Part shown: positions 18,873-30,184 of the stretch, one piece after another
Position numbering within the stretch: position 1 is the first letter of the stretch
Layout: every line of letters begins with the position of its first letter
Position numbers and translations under genes: made by a program
Assembly: GCA_030153215.1 (NCBI GenBank)
Contig: JASKKA010000002.1
Coordinates: 20,165 to 84,164 of the forward strand
Direction of reading: 5' to 3'
Source of the DNA: Trichococcus sp.
GTDB lineage: Bacteria > Bacillota > Bacilli > Lactobacillales > Aerococcaceae
Length of the DNA stretch: 64,000 nucleotides
The notes under the pieces: generated by a model
The model's input: only the letters and a program-made list of their open reading frames with translations
Told to the model about the DNA's origin: nothing
The model's database searches: none

Positions 18873-18966
18873 TCATTATTTTCAATTGTTTCTTTCCATT
18901 TAAGTAAATTTTTGTTAGGATTAAGATTATAGAATGATGTGTTTATCATGAAGGGAGAATTTATTT

Positions 18967-20403
18967 ATGTCAAAACAGCAAATTGGCGTTGTCGGTATGG
19001 CCGTAATGGGCAAAAATCTAGCATTGAACATTGAAAGCAGAGGGTATTCCGTATCTGTATTCAACCGCTCCGGTTCAAAGACTGAACAAGTGATTGCGGA
19101 AAATCCAGAAAAAAAACTGGTTCCTACTTATACAATCGAAGAGTTCGTTGAGTCTTTGGAAAAACCAAGAAGAATCATGATGATGGTAAAGGCAGGGGAG
19201 GCAACTGACAAAACGATTCAATCGTTGCTGCCTCATTTGGATAAAGGAGATATCCTGATCGACGGAGGGAATACTTTCTACAAAGATACGATCCGCCGCA
19301 GCAAGGAGTTGGAAAATTCAGGAATCAATTTCATCGGAACGGGTGTTTCCGGCGGTGAAGAAGGCGCCTTGAAAGGTCCTTCAATCATGCCAGGAGGACA
19401 ACGTGATGCCTATGATCTTGTTGCGCCGATTTTAGAACAAATTTCCGCGAAAGCTCCAGATGGTGAGCCGTGTGTAGCGTATATCGGCAAGGATGGTGCC
19501 GGACATTTCGTTAAGATGGTCCATAACGGAATCGAGTACGGAGATATGCAATTGATTGCAGAAGCCTACGACATCATGTTCAAGTATCTTGGCATGTCAG
19601 TGGAAGAAATAGCGGCAGTCTTTATCGAATGGAACAAAGGCGAGCTGGACAGCTTCCTGATCGACATCACTGCTGATATCTTGACTAAATACGACCCTGC
19701 AACAGGCAAGCCAATGGTTGAGATCATTCTGGACCGTGCTGGCAATAAAGGCACGGGTAAATGGACTTCCCAAAGTGCTTTGGACTTGGGTGTGCCGTTG
19801 CCATTGATCACCGAATCCGTTTTTGCCCGCTACATCTCCGCTTTGAAGACAGAACGTGTCGCTGCCAGCGAAATTCTGACCGGACCTGCTGCTGCAACTA
19901 AAGAAGGTTTGGACAAAGCGGCATTTGTTGAGAGTATCCGCAAAGCGCTATACTTCAGCAAAATTATGAGCTATGCGCAAGGCTTCGCTCAATTGCGCGT
20001 TGCCAGTGAAGAAAATGATTGGGATCTGAATTATGGCGAAATCGCCAAAATTTGGCGCGCAGGCTGTATCATCCGTGCGCAATTCCTGCAAAACATCACG
20101 GACGCTTACGAGAAAAATCCTGAATTGCAGAACTTGTTGTTGGATGACTACTTCGTAGAGATCACGAAACAGTACCAAGGAGCTGTACGTGAAGTGGTTG
20201 CAACGGCTGTGACTGCAGGAGTTCCGGTACCGACATTCTCATCCGCGGTAGCATATTTCGATTCTTACCGTTCAGCTGTCTTGCCAGCGAACATCATTCA
20301 AGCGCAACGCGATTACTTTGGAGCGCATACGTATGAACGCACAGACAAAGCTGGCTCTTATCACTTCGAGTGGGATAAAGAAGTGGAAGTTCCACAAGAC
20401 TAA
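18967..20403 (+). CDS. gndA: NADP-dependent 6-phosphogluconate dehydrogenase
   Basis: [29 protein letters not shown] and [12 protein letters not shown]. Confidence 0.97.
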   Translation: MSKQQIGVVGMAVMGKNLALNIESRGYSVSVFNRSGSKTEQVIAENPEKKLVPTYTIEEFVESLEKPRRIMMMVKAGEATDKTIQSLLPHLDKGDILIDGGNTFYKDTIRRSKELENSGINFIGTGVSGGEEGALKGPSIMPGGQRDAYDLVAPILEQISAKAPDGEPCVAYIGKDGAGHFVKMVHNGIEYGDMQLIAEAYDIMFKYLGMSVEEIAAVFIEWNKGELDSFLIDITADILTKYDPATGKPMVEIILDRAGNKGTGKWTSQSALDLGVPLPLITESVFARYISALKTERVAASEILTGPAAATKEGLDKAAFVESIRKALYFSKIMSYAQGFAQLRVASEENDWDLNYGEIAKIWRAGCIIRAQFLQNITDAYEKNPELQNLLLDDYFVEITKQYQGAVREVVATAVTAGVPVPTFSSAVAYFDSYRSAVLPANIIQAQRDYFGAHTYERTDKAGSYHFEWDKEVEVPQD

Positions 20404-20435
20404 AGGGATACAGCGCCATTCCGGCCTAAACTTAC

Positions 20436-20467
20436 GTCATCCGAAGCCTGGCTTCGGATGACATTTT
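20436..20467 (+). terminator. gndA terminator
   Basis: GTCATCCGAAGC-CTG-GCTTCGGATGAC-ATTTT. Confidence 0.75.
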
Positions 20468-20575
20468 ACTATTATAATCATTTAATTAAGATAAATTCCC
20501 GACAGTATGTTAAAATAAAATGAAATTGTAATGGCATGTTGTTAGTATTCAAATGAGACATTAGGGGAGAATTCT

Positions 20576-21277
20576 ATGGAAAATAGAGACAAACAAAGAA
20601 TATTGATTATCGAAGATGAAAAAAATCTGGCGCGTTTCATCGAGCTTGAGTTAAAACACGAAGGCTATGAAACGGAAATCTGCTACAACGGCAGAGCCGG
20701 CCTTGAAGCTGCAATGAATCAGGACTGGGATGTCATCCTATTGGATCTGATGTTGCCTGAATTGAATGGCATCGAAGTTTGCCGTCGCCTTCGCCCTGTC
20801 AAAGACACGCCGATCATCATCATGACCGCCCGTGATTCTGTCATCGACCGCGTTTCCGGGTTGGACCACGGAGCGGATGATTACATCGTGAAACCATTTG
20901 CCATCGAAGAGCTTTTGGCAAGGGTCCGCGCTTTGCTGCGCCGTATCGACATCGAAGAAGAGCAACGCAAAGTGAAACAGACAACCGTCACTTATCGTGA
21001 TTTGACGATCGAAAAGGAAAACCGTGTCGTTCGCCGCGGCGATGACCACATCGAACTGACCAAACGCGAATACGAATTATTATTGATCTTGATGGAGAAC
21101 ATCAACGTTGTCTTGTCAAGGGATGTATTGCTGAATAAAGTATGGGGATACAAAACAGAAGTGGAAACAAACGTAGTGGATGTATATATCCGATATCTGC
21201 GCAACAAAATCGATGTAGCCGGCCAAGAAAGTTATATCCAAACGGTTCGTGGCACCGGATACGTCATGCGCTCATAA
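20576..21277 (+). CDS. OmpR-family response regulator (ArlR/LisR-like)
   Basis: ILIIEDE, LLDLMLP, GADDYIVKPF and ETNVVDVYIRYLRNKID..TVRGTGY. Confidence 0.93.
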   Translation: MENRDKQRILIIEDEKNLARFIELELKHEGYETEICYNGRAGLEAAMNQDWDVILLDLMLPELNGIEVCRRLRPVKDTPIIIMTARDSVIDRVSGLDHGADDYIVKPFAIEELLARVRALLRRIDIEEEQRKVKQTTVTYRDLTIEKENRVVRRGDDHIELTKREYELLLILMENINVVLSRDVLLNKVWGYKTEVETNVVDVYIRYLRNKIDVAGQESYIQTVRGTGYVMRS

Positions 21278-21281
21278 TGCT

Positions 21282-22626
21282 ATGCGCAGAATCAATTATA
21301 TGCCAACCAAAAAAAGAGGGAATCCCAAGTCCATTCGGTGGAAATGGGGTTTTCTTTTAAGTATCGCGTTCTTCCTGCTGTATTTTCTTTCCGCATTCCT
21401 GATGTTGAATGTCTACAAAAGCTATCAATACGAACAACAAAAAGACGAAGCCGAAAACTTGCTCTATTCGGTCCAATCCGCGTTGTCAGAAATCGACACG
21501 AAGCTGTCCGTCAACAGCGTAGAAAGCATGTTTGAGAAAATCTCTGTTTCCACTGTGACGAAGGGCCTTCAGTCTGTAGGGAATTATCCGTTTTTAGAGG
21601 ACCTCAAGAGCAGAGGGGTAAACATCCGCGTATTCGATACAGACGGGCAGCTGCTCTATGAAACCCAGAAGAGCTATACGACATTCATCAAAAATCCCGA
21701 TACTTATTTACGCGAAACGGAACTGAACGATCTTGATGCGTTTGTCGCAGGCAGCCCGATCCTCAGCCAGGAGGATTCCTTCCTTTTGGGGTATATGCAG
21801 ATCGTTTTCCGATTGAGTGATTATCATAAAATCATCTCGCAGATGACGCAGTATTTCTGGGTAGTCACGGCGATTGTGCTCGTTTTGTCGGCGGCTGCCG
21901 GCTACGGCATCGCCATTTACTTCTTCAGGCCAATCAAACAGATGGTCGACACGATGGATGCGATCGAAGAGGACACCTTGTCGGAGACCCGCATCAAAAT
22001 ATCGAAAAGCAAGGACGAATTTACCGACCTTTCTGTGCATATCAATGGGCTTCTGGACAAGATGGCGCTCTATGTCACGCAGCAAAAGCAGTTTGTGGAA
22101 GACGTTTCGCATGAACTTCGCACCCCGACAGCCATTGTCGAAGGGCATCTGAAATTGCTGAACCGTTGGGGCAAGGAGTACGTTCCATAATTTCAAGATG
22201 CTCTATCCGGATTTCGTCTTCAATCTGGATGATGATCTGAATCGCGAAATCTATGTGAACATCTATCGCAACCATTTTGAGCAAATCTTGGTGATATTGA
22301 TGGACAATGCCGTTAAGTATTCGACTGATCGGCATGAAATCCATCTTTCGATTTCCGAATCCATGTCCTATGTCCAGATTGCCATCCAAGATTTTGGCGA
22401 AGGGATGTCCCAGGAAGATCAACAGAAGATTTTTTCGCGTTTTTACCGCGTCGATAAAGCCAGATCGCGGAACAAGGGCGGGAACGGCTTGGGCCTCTCG
22501 ATAGCGAAAGAATTGCTGGAAGGCTATAAGGGCGACATCACCGTCGAAAGCGTATTGGGACACGGATCTGTTTTCCGCATCCAGCTGCCGATTCTGAAGG
22601 ATTATGTGCCGGATGAGGAATTATAG
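21282..22626 (+). pseudogene. sensor histidine kinase (ArlS/LisK-like), split by an internal deletion and frameshift
   Basis: Frame 1 (to 22190) carries two TMs, HAMP and the H-box SHELRTP. Frame 2 (from about 22177) carries HATPase N, G1, F and G2 boxes. The sequence after RWGK is missing. Confidence 0.8.
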
Positions 22627-22668
22627 ACTATCAGCAGGAAAAAGTCCCTTACCCAAAAAATGAAATCA

Positions 22669-22713
22669 AAAAAGCAGGAAGCGAGCCCGTGAGTGAGCCG
22701 CTTCCTGCTTTTT
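22669..22713. terminator. bidirectional terminator
   Basis: AAAAAGCAGGAAGCG..CGCTTCCTGCTTTTT. Confidence 0.8.
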
Positions 22714-22725
22714 CTGTAGTTGCAA

Positions 22726-23661
22726 TTATGATTTTGATTGTTTGCCTGCGTTGCGGCCTTTTTTGCCATCCGTTTTTTGATTATTGGAGGACAAAGCTTT
22801 TACCGCTTGCGCAGGTGCTGAAGAGGAAGCCGGCTTCGCCATTTTCACGTTCTTCTTGACCGGACGATCCTTCATTTCTTCTTCAACTTGCTTCTGGATT
22901 TTAGGTTTGATCATGTGATTTTGAAGCGCAGTCTGAGCTGCGGCGAAAATACCGCCGGCCAGCCAGTAAAGTGCCAATCCCGCTGGTGAAGACCAAGAGA
23001 ACATCAGAATCATGATCGGGTTCATCAGCATCATCGATTTCATCTGTGATTTGGTTTCTTGTGGCATACCGATTGTGGAAACGTAGCCTTGAATAACATA
23101 GGCAACACCCGCCAGGATTGCCAACAACGGACTGCTTACACCAAGATTGATGCCAAGGAATGTGCTTGCAGAAATTTCCGGCGTCAAATTCACGGCTTGG
23201 TACATGGCGGTGAAAATCGGCATTTGGATCAGAATCGGTAAGCAGCCGACGCCGCCGGTCATGCTGATGTTGTTTTCTTTGTACAGCGCCATCATTTCTT
23301 GAGAAACCGCCGCTTTTTCTTCAGGTGTCTGGGCATTCTTTTGGCGGAATTGGATGTCTTCCAGTTCCGGTTTGATGTACTTCATTTTTTCCTGCTGCAC
23401 CATCGTTTTTTTGATCTGGCTAAAATTCAGGGGCATGATGGCCAAACGGACAATGATCGTGATGGCGATGATAGCCAACCCGTAATTGCCGTTCAGCAAT
23501 TCCGCCAGCATAACGATCAATTTCCCTGTAGGCACCACCAAATAGTCATATATAAAGCCGGTCGGGTTTTTATTCTCATCATATTGCATACAGCCTGTAA
23601 GAACCACCAACAGGGAGAGCATTTCCGCGGAAAGCAATAACTTCTTTTTGAGTTTCATCAT
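22726..23661 (-). CDS. yidC: membrane protein insertase YidC
   Basis: Lipobox VLTGC, YGLAII, GCLPILIQMPI, GLALYW and basic tail RNAGKQ. Confidence 0.95.
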   Translation of the reverse strand: MMKLKKKLLLSAEMLSLLVVLTGCMQYDENKNPTGFIYDYLVVPTGKLIVMLAELLNGNYGLAIIAITIIVRLAIMPLNFSQIKKTMVQQEKMKYIKPELEDIQFRQKNAQTPEEKAAVSQEMMALYKENNISMTGGVGCLPILIQMPIFTAMYQAVNLTPEISASTFLGINLGVSSPLLAILAGVAYVIQGYVSTIGMPQETKSQMKSMMLMNPIMILMFSWSSPAGLALYWLAGGIFAAAQTALQNHMIKPKIQKQVEEEMKDRPVKKNVKMAKPASSSAPAQAVKALSSNNQKTDGKKGRNAGKQSKS

Positions 23662-23720
23662 TCACGTTCCTTTACAATTTTTCGATAACATTACTACTAT
23701 ACCTGAAGGGGAAAATATAT

Positions 23721-23996
23721 TCAATTAGTTACGCGAAAACTTATATAATTCTCAATGTTGGCGTCTTCACGGATGATGCACGCTTCAACCCTGCCACTTG
23801 GAGAAGGACTGCGTTTGACGGCCGCGATGAAAGCATCGATTTTCTCGGTCGGTCCAACAGCTTCGATATAGACACTTCCGTCATCCTCATTCCTGACGAT
23901 GCCGGAAACACCGATCTGGTCAGCCACCATTTTTGTCATGTAACGGAACCCTACGCCCTGGACCCGGCCGCTCACGGTCATATTGATTTTCTTCAT
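23721..23996 (-). CDS. acyP: acylphosphatase
   Basis: VSGRVQGVGFR and GIVRNEDDGSV. Confidence 0.95.
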   Translation of the reverse strand: MKKINMTVSGRVQGVGFRYMTKMVADQIGVSGIVRNEDDGSVYIEAVGPTEKIDAFIAAVKRSPSPSGRVEACIIREDANIENYISFRVTN

Positions 23997-24145
23997 AATA
24001 AGTTCCTCCCAATTTTAGGATGAGTATGCGTTGCAACTGTTAAATCCAGTTTACAGCCTTCTTCAAGAAGTTTCAATCCCGATACTTTGCGCGCGAATTT
24101 TTTTTCGGGCTGTGCTATACTTTTTGCAACAAAGAAGGTGAGATT

Positions 24146-24442
24146 ATGTACCAGGTGATTCGGACCGAGGGAGAATATGAACCTTGGTGGTTTTTTGAGG
24201 ATTGGATGGATTTTATTGTGGAATCGACAGAGTATGCCGATTTCCATGAGGCAGTCGTTGCCTATGAGCGGGCTGCTGAAAAACTATCGGAAGTTTACCC
24301 ATTCCAAAAAACGAAGGAAACCTACCTGACTGCCTACTGGTCGGATGGAGAAATCCGGTTTTGTGAAAACTGCGATGATGATGTGCAATTATATCATGGA
24401 CTGATGCTGTTGCAGGACAGGAAAAAACTGTGCCTAGAATGA
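24146..24442 (+). CDS. DUF1033-family protein
   Basis: MYQV..GEYEPWWFFEDW and CENCDDDVQLYHGLML. Confidence 0.85.
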   Translation: MYQVIRTEGEYEPWWFFEDWMDFIVESTEYADFHEAVVAYERAAEKLSEVYPFQKTKETYLTAYWSDGEIRFCENCDDDVQLYHGLMLLQDRKKLCLE

Positions 24443-24455
24443 TCGCTCAAAATCG

Positions 24456-24499
24456 AAAAAGCTTCAGCATCCGCAAAAGGGGATTCTGAAGCTTTTTTT
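24456..24499 (+). terminator. terminator after DUF1033 gene
   Basis: AAAAAGCTTCAG..CTGAAGCTTTTTTT. Confidence 0.75.
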
Positions 24500-24649
24500 C
24501 CATGCAGTCCAACGAAAAAATAGCCACGTAAAGGGTTCATTTTATAGTATAATGAACCGATACGGGTAATCAACCGAACAATCTATGGATCACTGTTTTA
24601 GTAGATACGCAGTGGTTTTGAATAAATGATAAAAAAGGAGTTGGCATGT

Positions 24650-27097
24650 TTGGCGAAACGAACGACGACGAGAAAGAAAAAGAAGACGACCGGACAGAAA
24701 ATATCTTATGAGCTTATCGGTGTGCTGTTTCTTTTCAGTGCAGCCTTAGGGATCGGGCACCTTGGATTTGCCGGTATAGCGCTGGCGAATTTTTTCCGTT
24801 TTTTTGTCGGCGAAACTTATCCGATCAGTCTGGCGCTTTTCGGTGCCTATGGACTGTACCTGATTCTGAGAGGGAAAGAACCAAAAATAAGGAAAAATTG
24901 GCTGGTCAGCGGCATCCTGCTTTATTCAGCAGCTTTGCTTTATCTGCATTCGCAGGCTTTTGAGAAGGTCATCACGGAGGAAGCATCGGTCATGTCCGTT
25001 ACGCTTGCCCGCTTTTTGACCGATGTCAGGCAATCGGACACGGCTTCGGAAATGGGTGGTGGCTTGATTGGGGCAGCCTTCTATACCGGAACCCATTTTT
25101 TGGTTTCGCAATGGGGCACGTACATCATCATTGGCTTGCTTGTTTTTTTTGGTGCAGCGGTCATATTCGGCTTCACGACGCATGACGTCATGGAAGTCGT
25201 GCGCAAAGTTGCCTTGATCTTCGGACACAACAGCAAACGAGCAGTGCTTTTCACGAAAGAGAAAGTTGCCGGCTCGATCATCGATTCGAAAACAGTAAAG
25301 AAACCGACCAGATCCAACAGCATTCCGGCCGACAAGAAACCTTCGATAGTCGAAAAAGCAAGAAATCAGATCAGAAGCGAATCGGCAGCGAAAAAATTGA
25401 TGCAGGAAGAAGCAAATGCTCTGAAAGCTTCAGAACAAGAAACAACCGCCGCGAAAGAACGCGAACCCGTTCAGCTGAAAATAGACAGTTTTCAGCAACA
25501 ACTTGAAAAGGCAGCCGAACATAAACATGCGGATAATGAAAAGAGCGCGTCCGCCAAAGAGGCCAGCCTTGCAAAAACAACTGTGGCAGGCGGGGAGGAA
25601 GACAACAGTGGCGATCTGGAGTTCGAGATTACTGCCGAGCAGGAAAACAGGGATTACCAATTGCCCCCGGTAACTTTGTTGAATGAAATCAAAGCAATCG
25701 ATCAATCGAATGAATACGCGACAATCGAAAAAAATGTCAAGAAACTGGAAGAGACGTTTGCGAGTTTTGGGGTGGAAGCCAAAGTCACGAAAGCAAATCT
25801 GGGACCTGCCGTAACGAAATACGAGGTTCAGCCCGCTGTAGGGGTGAAAGTCAGCAAAATTGTGAACCTCAATGATGATCTGGCCTTGGCTTTGGCGGCA
25901 AAAGACATCCGCATCGAAGCACCGATACCTGGTAAATCCTTCATCGGCATAGAAGTGCCGAATAGTGAAATCAGCGTCGTATCCTTTCGGGATGTCATGG
26001 AAGGTCAAAAGCACACGGACAAGCTATTGGAGGTTCCCTTAGGCCGGGATATTTCCGGCGTTGTACAGAGTGCGGATCTGACGAAGATGCCCCATCTCCT
26101 TATTGCTGGTGCTACCGGCAGCGGGAAGTCTGTCTGCATCAACGGCATCATAACGAGCATCCTGATGAAAGCCAAACCGAACGAAGTCAAGATGATGATG
26201 ATCGATCCGAAAATGGTGGAATTGAACGTCTATAACGGGATCCCCCACTTGCTTACACCGGTTGTCACGAATCCCCGCAAGGCGGCGCAAGCACTCCACA
26301 AAGTCGTCACGGAAATGGAAAGAAGATATGAATTGTTCGCCGGTACCGGCATGCGCAATATCGATGGTTATAATAATCTGATTGTCGAATACAATCTGGA
26401 GAACGGGGAAAACAATCCTACCTTGCCGTACATCGTGGTCATTGTGGATGAGTTGGCCGACTTGATGATGGTTGCCAGCAATGAAGTCGAAGATGCGATC
26501 ACAAGATTGGCTCAAATGGCACGGGCTGCGGGAATCCATATGATTCTGGCTACGCAACGGCCGAGTGTCGACGTCATCACCGGTATCATCAAAGCGAACG
26601 TCCCTTCCCGGATTGCGTTTGCCGTATCCAGTTCGATCGATTCCAGAACGATAATCGATGGCTCTGGTGCAGAGAAACTACTGGGCAGAGGCGATATGCT
26701 CTTCCGTCCGATGGGAGAAAACAAACCGATCCGTGTGCAAGGAGCGTTCATTTCCGACGAGGAAGTCGAACACATTGTGGCTTTTGTCAAAAATCAGCAG
26801 GAAGCGAACTATGTCGAGGAAATGATGCCGACCGAAACAGTGGCGGCCGCAAGCGAAGAGCCGGAAGATGATCTTTTCGGGGAAGCTGTAGAATTTATCA
26901 GATCGGATGAAACGGCGAGCATCTCCAAATTGCAGAGGAGATTCCGGATCGGCTATAATCGGGCAGCGCGGCTGATAGACGAGATGGAAGCGAGGGGGAT
27001 TGTTGGTCCGGCTGATGGAAGTAAGCCCAGAAAAGTGAACATTAGTGAAGGTATCTACGAACATGATACGGATATCCCTGTTGATTCCGAGGCTTAG
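24650..27097 (+). CDS. ftsK: DNA translocase FtsK/SpoIIIE
   Basis: N-terminal TMs, [31 protein letters not shown] and gamma domain [10 protein letters not shown]; TTG start after AAGGAG. Confidence 0.95.
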   Translation: MAKRTTTRKKKKTTGQKISYELIGVLFLFSAALGIGHLGFAGIALANFFRFFVGETYPISLALFGAYGLYLILRGKEPKIRKNWLVSGILLYSAALLYLHSQAFEKVITEEASVMSVTLARFLTDVRQSDTASEMGGGLIGAAFYTGTHFLVSQWGTYIIIGLLVFFGAAVIFGFTTHDVMEVVRKVALIFGHNSKRAVLFTKEKVAGSIIDSKTVKKPTRSNSIPADKKPSIVEKARNQIRSESAAKKLMQEEANALKASEQETTAAKEREPVQLKIDSFQQQLEKAAEHKHADNEKSASAKEASLAKTTVAGGEEDNSGDLEFEITAEQENRDYQLPPVTLLNEIKAIDQSNEYATIEKNVKKLEETFASFGVEAKVTKANLGPAVTKYEVQPAVGVKVSKIVNLNDDLALALAAKDIRIEAPIPGKSFIGIEVPNSEISVVSFRDVMEGQKHTDKLLEVPLGRDISGVVQSADLTKMPHLLIAGATGSGKSVCINGIITSILMKAKPNEVKMMMIDPKMVELNVYNGIPHLLTPVVTNPRKAAQALHKVVTEMERRYELFAGTGMRNIDGYNNLIVEYNLENGENNPTLPYIVVIVDELADLMMVASNEVEDAITRLAQMARAAGIHMILATQRPSVDVITGIIKANVPSRIAFAVSSSIDSRTIIDGSGAEKLLGRGDMLFRPMGENKPIRVQGAFISDEEVEHIVAFVKNQQEANYVEEMMPTETVAAASEEPEDDLFGEAVEFIRSDETASISKLQRRFRIGYNRAARLIDEMEARGIVGPADGSKPRKVNISEGIYEHDTDIPVDSEA

Positions 27098-27251
27098 TAG
27101 GGCAGATTCTGAAAAATATATGGATATTAAATGAAAAAACGATTACAAAACAAGTCGATATCGTTTATTTTTGAAAGAATACATGCTATGATATTTTTTG
27201 TAAGAAGCTTGTACTTACAAGTTTAAAAAATTGAATTTTATTGGAGGGGTC

Positions 27252-28343
27252 ATGGTGAAAAAGCAAAAATATGTTAAATTGTTGGCAGTAGGGTTAGGTG
27301 TCAGCACAATTTTGGCAGCATGCGGCGGCAATGGCGATACCGCTGACAGTAGTGCGACAGGTTCCAGCACGGCAGGAGGAACGGAAGATAACTTCGCTAT
27401 CGCGATGATTACCGACGTCGGCGGCGTGGATGACAAATCATTCAACCAAAGCGCGTGGGAAGGCCTTGTTGCATGGGGCGAGGAGAACGGCAAAGAAAAA
27501 GGGATCGATGGATATGATTACATCCAATCAAATGCCGATTCGGAATTTGTGACGAACTTGAACACTGCCGTAAACAGTAATTTTGATCTTGTGTTCGGTA
27601 TCGGATATAAATTGAAATCAGCGATGCAAGATGTGGCTGATCAGAATCCTGATACATTGTTCGCAATTATCGATGATGTCATCGAAGGCGAAAATACAGT
27701 TTCCATATCATTCAAAGACCATGAAGCTGCTTTCTTGGCGGGCGTCGCAGCTGCCAAAACAACCAAAACCAATCAGTTAGGTTTCATCGGCGGACAAGAG
27801 AGCGAAGTAATCGATCGCTTTGAAGCAGGATTCGTAGCTGGTGCCCAATCCGTGAATCCTGATATAGATATTAAAGTTGAATATGTCGGCTCGTTCGGCG
27901 ATGCAGCAGGCGGAAAATCTAAAGCTGCCGCAATGTACGCTAGCGGAATCGACATCATTTATCAAGCTGCCGGAGATTCCGGTAATGGCGTATTCTCAGA
28001 AGCTAAGGATATCGTCAAAGCAGATCCTTCAAAAGAAATTTGGGTAATCGGTGTTGACCGTGACCAAACAGAAGAGGGTTTGTTGACGCTGGATGACGGT
28101 ACCGAAAGAAACCTTACTTTGACTTCAACGTTGAAGGGTGTAGGTAAAGCAGCTCATGACGTTGCTAATTTAACGATGAACGGCGAATTCCCGGCTGGAG
28201 AAGTACAGACTTTCGGTCTGGCTGAAGAAGGCGTTAATTTGACGGACGGTCAGTTGAGCGCGGATGCCTTGACTGCTGTTGAAGATGCGAAGGCACAAAT
28301 TTTGGACGGAACACTTGTGGTTCCGGAAGCTCCAGAAAACTAA
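27252..28343 (+). CDS. BMP-family lipoprotein, nucleoside ABC transporter substrate-binding subunit
   Basis: Lipobox ILAAC, GGVDDKSFNQSAWEG and WVIGVDRDQ. Confidence 0.92.
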   Translation: MVKKQKYVKLLAVGLGVSTILAACGGNGDTADSSATGSSTAGGTEDNFAIAMITDVGGVDDKSFNQSAWEGLVAWGEENGKEKGIDGYDYIQSNADSEFVTNLNTAVNSNFDLVFGIGYKLKSAMQDVADQNPDTLFAIIDDVIEGENTVSISFKDHEAAFLAGVAAAKTTKTNQLGFIGGQESEVIDRFEAGFVAGAQSVNPDIDIKVEYVGSFGDAAGGKSKAAAMYASGIDIIYQAAGDSGNGVFSEAKDIVKADPSKEIWVIGVDRDQTEEGLLTLDDGTERNLTLTSTLKGVGKAAHDVANLTMNGEFPAGEVQTFGLAEEGVNLTDGQLSADALTAVEDAKAQILDGTLVVPEAPEN

Positions 28344-28362
28344 TCACGGTCTAAATTCTCAT

Positions 28363-28409
28363 GAAGCAACTTGATTCCGGTTAGGATATTGAGTTGCTTC
28401 TCTTTTTTT
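28363..28409 (+). terminator. hairpin/terminator after BMP gene
   Basis: GAAGCAACT..AGTTGCTTC followed by T-tract. Confidence 0.7.
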
Positions 28410-28609
28410 CTGTGCAGTATCCCTAGGTAAAGTTTGTTCCATTTTTAAAACAAATGTTTGTTTTTCGTGATAAACAAAAGTGGATAGGATTTTGGAAATA
28501 CTTTATAATAGGTGTGAAATAGTGTTTTACGGTATTATATTCTATAAGCGTGTCTCACTGCTGCATGAGGGAATGCATGCATTCAATTTTAGTAAGGGGT
28601 GGAATCAGC

Positions 28610-30184
28610 ATGACAGAAGAAAATTATGTCATTGAGATGATTGGCGTAACGAAAACTTTCGGCAATTATAAAGCGAATGATGATATTTTTCTCAGCTTGA
28701 AAAGAGGTGAAATTCACGCTTTGTTGGGTGAAAATGGTGCGGGCAAGTCGACTTTGATGAATATCCTCTCTGGTCTTTTGGAGCCGACCAGCGGAACCAT
28801 CAAAGTCAAGGGGCAAGAAGTCGAAATCAGCTCCCCGGGTGTTGCCGATAAATTAGGGATCGGAATGGTGCACCAACATTTTATGCTGGTCAAGGACTTC
28901 ACAGTAACAGAGAACATCATTTTAGGCAGTGAGCCGAGCAGACTCGGTGTTCTGAATAAAAAGGCAGCTGCGGGAGTGATTGCGGATCTGTCCAACAAAT
29001 ACCGCTTGGCAGTCAATCCGTCCGCCAAAATCGAAGACACCACTGTCGGGATGCAGCAAAGGGTAGAAATCTTAAAAACGTTGTACCGTGGGGCGGATGT
29101 CCTAATTTTTGACGAACCAACAGCGGTTTTGACACCTCAGGAAATCGATGAACTGATGTCGATCATGAGGGAATTGACGAAAGAAGGCAAGTCGATCATT
29201 CTGATCACGCATAAGCTGGATGAAATCAAAGCGGTTGCCGATCGTTGCACGGTAATCCGCAAAGGCAAGAGCATCGGCACTGTTGACGTGAAGCAAACAT
29301 CCCAGCAAGAACTGGCCGATATGATGGTCGGGCGTTCCGTTCTGTTCCGTACAGTCAAAAAACCAGCCGAGCCCAAGCAGGCTGTTTTGGAAATTGAAGG
29401 TTTGACGGTCAAAGAAAGCCGTGGTCTTGAAGCCGTGCGTAATTTGAATCTGACTGTTCGGGCGGGCGAAATCGTCGGCATTGCCGGGATCGACGGGAAT
29501 GGCCAAAGTGAATTGATTCAAGCCATCACTGGTTTGCGGAAGGCCGAGAGCGGAACCGTCAAATTGAACGGCGAAATCATCACGAACTTGGCCCCGCGCA
29601 AAATTACTGAATCTGGCTTAGGACATATCCCTGAGGACCGACAAAAGTTCGGGCTGATCCTCCCGATGCGCTTGGATGAGAATATCGCCTTGCAGACTTA
29701 TTATCAGGAACCATACAGCAAGAATAGCTTCCTGAATGACAAAGCCATCGAAAACCATGCCATCGAACTGATCAAAGAGTTCGATGTCAGGACCCAAAGC
29801 GAAAAAGCGACAGCGGGTTCTTTGTCAGGCGGGAACCAACAAAAGGCAATCATTGCCCGTGAAGTCGATCGGAATCCTTCACTGTTGATAGCTGCCCAAC
29901 CGACCCGCGGATTAGATGTGGGGGCAATCGAATTCATCCATAAACGCTTGATCGAGCAAAGGGATAAGGATAAGGCCGTCCTCTTGATGAGCTTCGAGTT
30001 GGATGAAATCCTGAATCTCTCCGACATCATCGCTGTGATGTTTGAGGGTGAAATTGTGGCCTATGTCAAACCGGATGAAACTTCCGAACAAGAATTGGGC
30101 TTATTGATGGCCGGTTCTTCTTTGGAAAAGGCCCGGGAAGAATTGGAAAAAAACAAGGAAGAGGAGGGAAGCCTTCATGAGTAA
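28610..30184 (+). CDS. nucleoside ABC transporter ATP-binding protein (two NBDs)
   Basis: GENGAGKST, FDEPTAVLTP, LSGGNQQK and QPTRGLDVGA. Confidence 0.92.
   Translation: MTEENYVIEMIGVTKTFGNYKANDDIFLSLKRGEIHALLGENGAGKSTLMNILSGLLEPTSGTIKVKGQEVEISSPGVADKLGIGMVHQHFMLVKDFTVTENIILGSEPSRLGVLNKKAAAGVIADLSNKYRLAVNPSAKIEDTTVGMQQRVEILKTLYRGADVLIFDEPTAVLTPQEIDELMSIMRELTKEGKSIILITHKLDEIKAVADRCTVIRKGKSIGTVDVKQTSQQELADMMVGRSVLFRTVKKPAEPKQAVLEIEGLTVKESRGLEAVRNLNLTVRAGEIVGIAGIDGNGQSELIQAITGLRKAESGTVKLNGEIITNLAPRKITESGLGHIPEDRQKFGLILPMRLDENIALQTYYQEPYSKNSFLNDKAIENHAIELIKEFDVRTQSEKATAGSLSGGNQQKAIIAREVDRNPSLLIAAQPTRGLDVGAIEFIHKRLIEQRDKDKAVLLMSFELDEILNLSDIIAVMFEGEIVAYVKPDETSEQELGLLMAGSSLEKAREELEKNKEEEGSLHE

Noticed and set aside
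18413-18949. 178-aa minus ORF and 105-aa plus ORF (18586-18903)
   Set aside because: They cross a terminator and overlap the rhodanese gene, with no protein-like features.
27131-27147. cre-like site upstream of the BMP gene (AAAAAACGATTACA)
   Set aside because: It lacks the 5' TG of the CcpA consensus and is too weak to call.
28447-28460. AAAC-AAAT-GTTT palindrome as an SOS box
   Set aside because: Both half-sites deviate from GAAC/GTTC and the downstream genes are not SOS-type.
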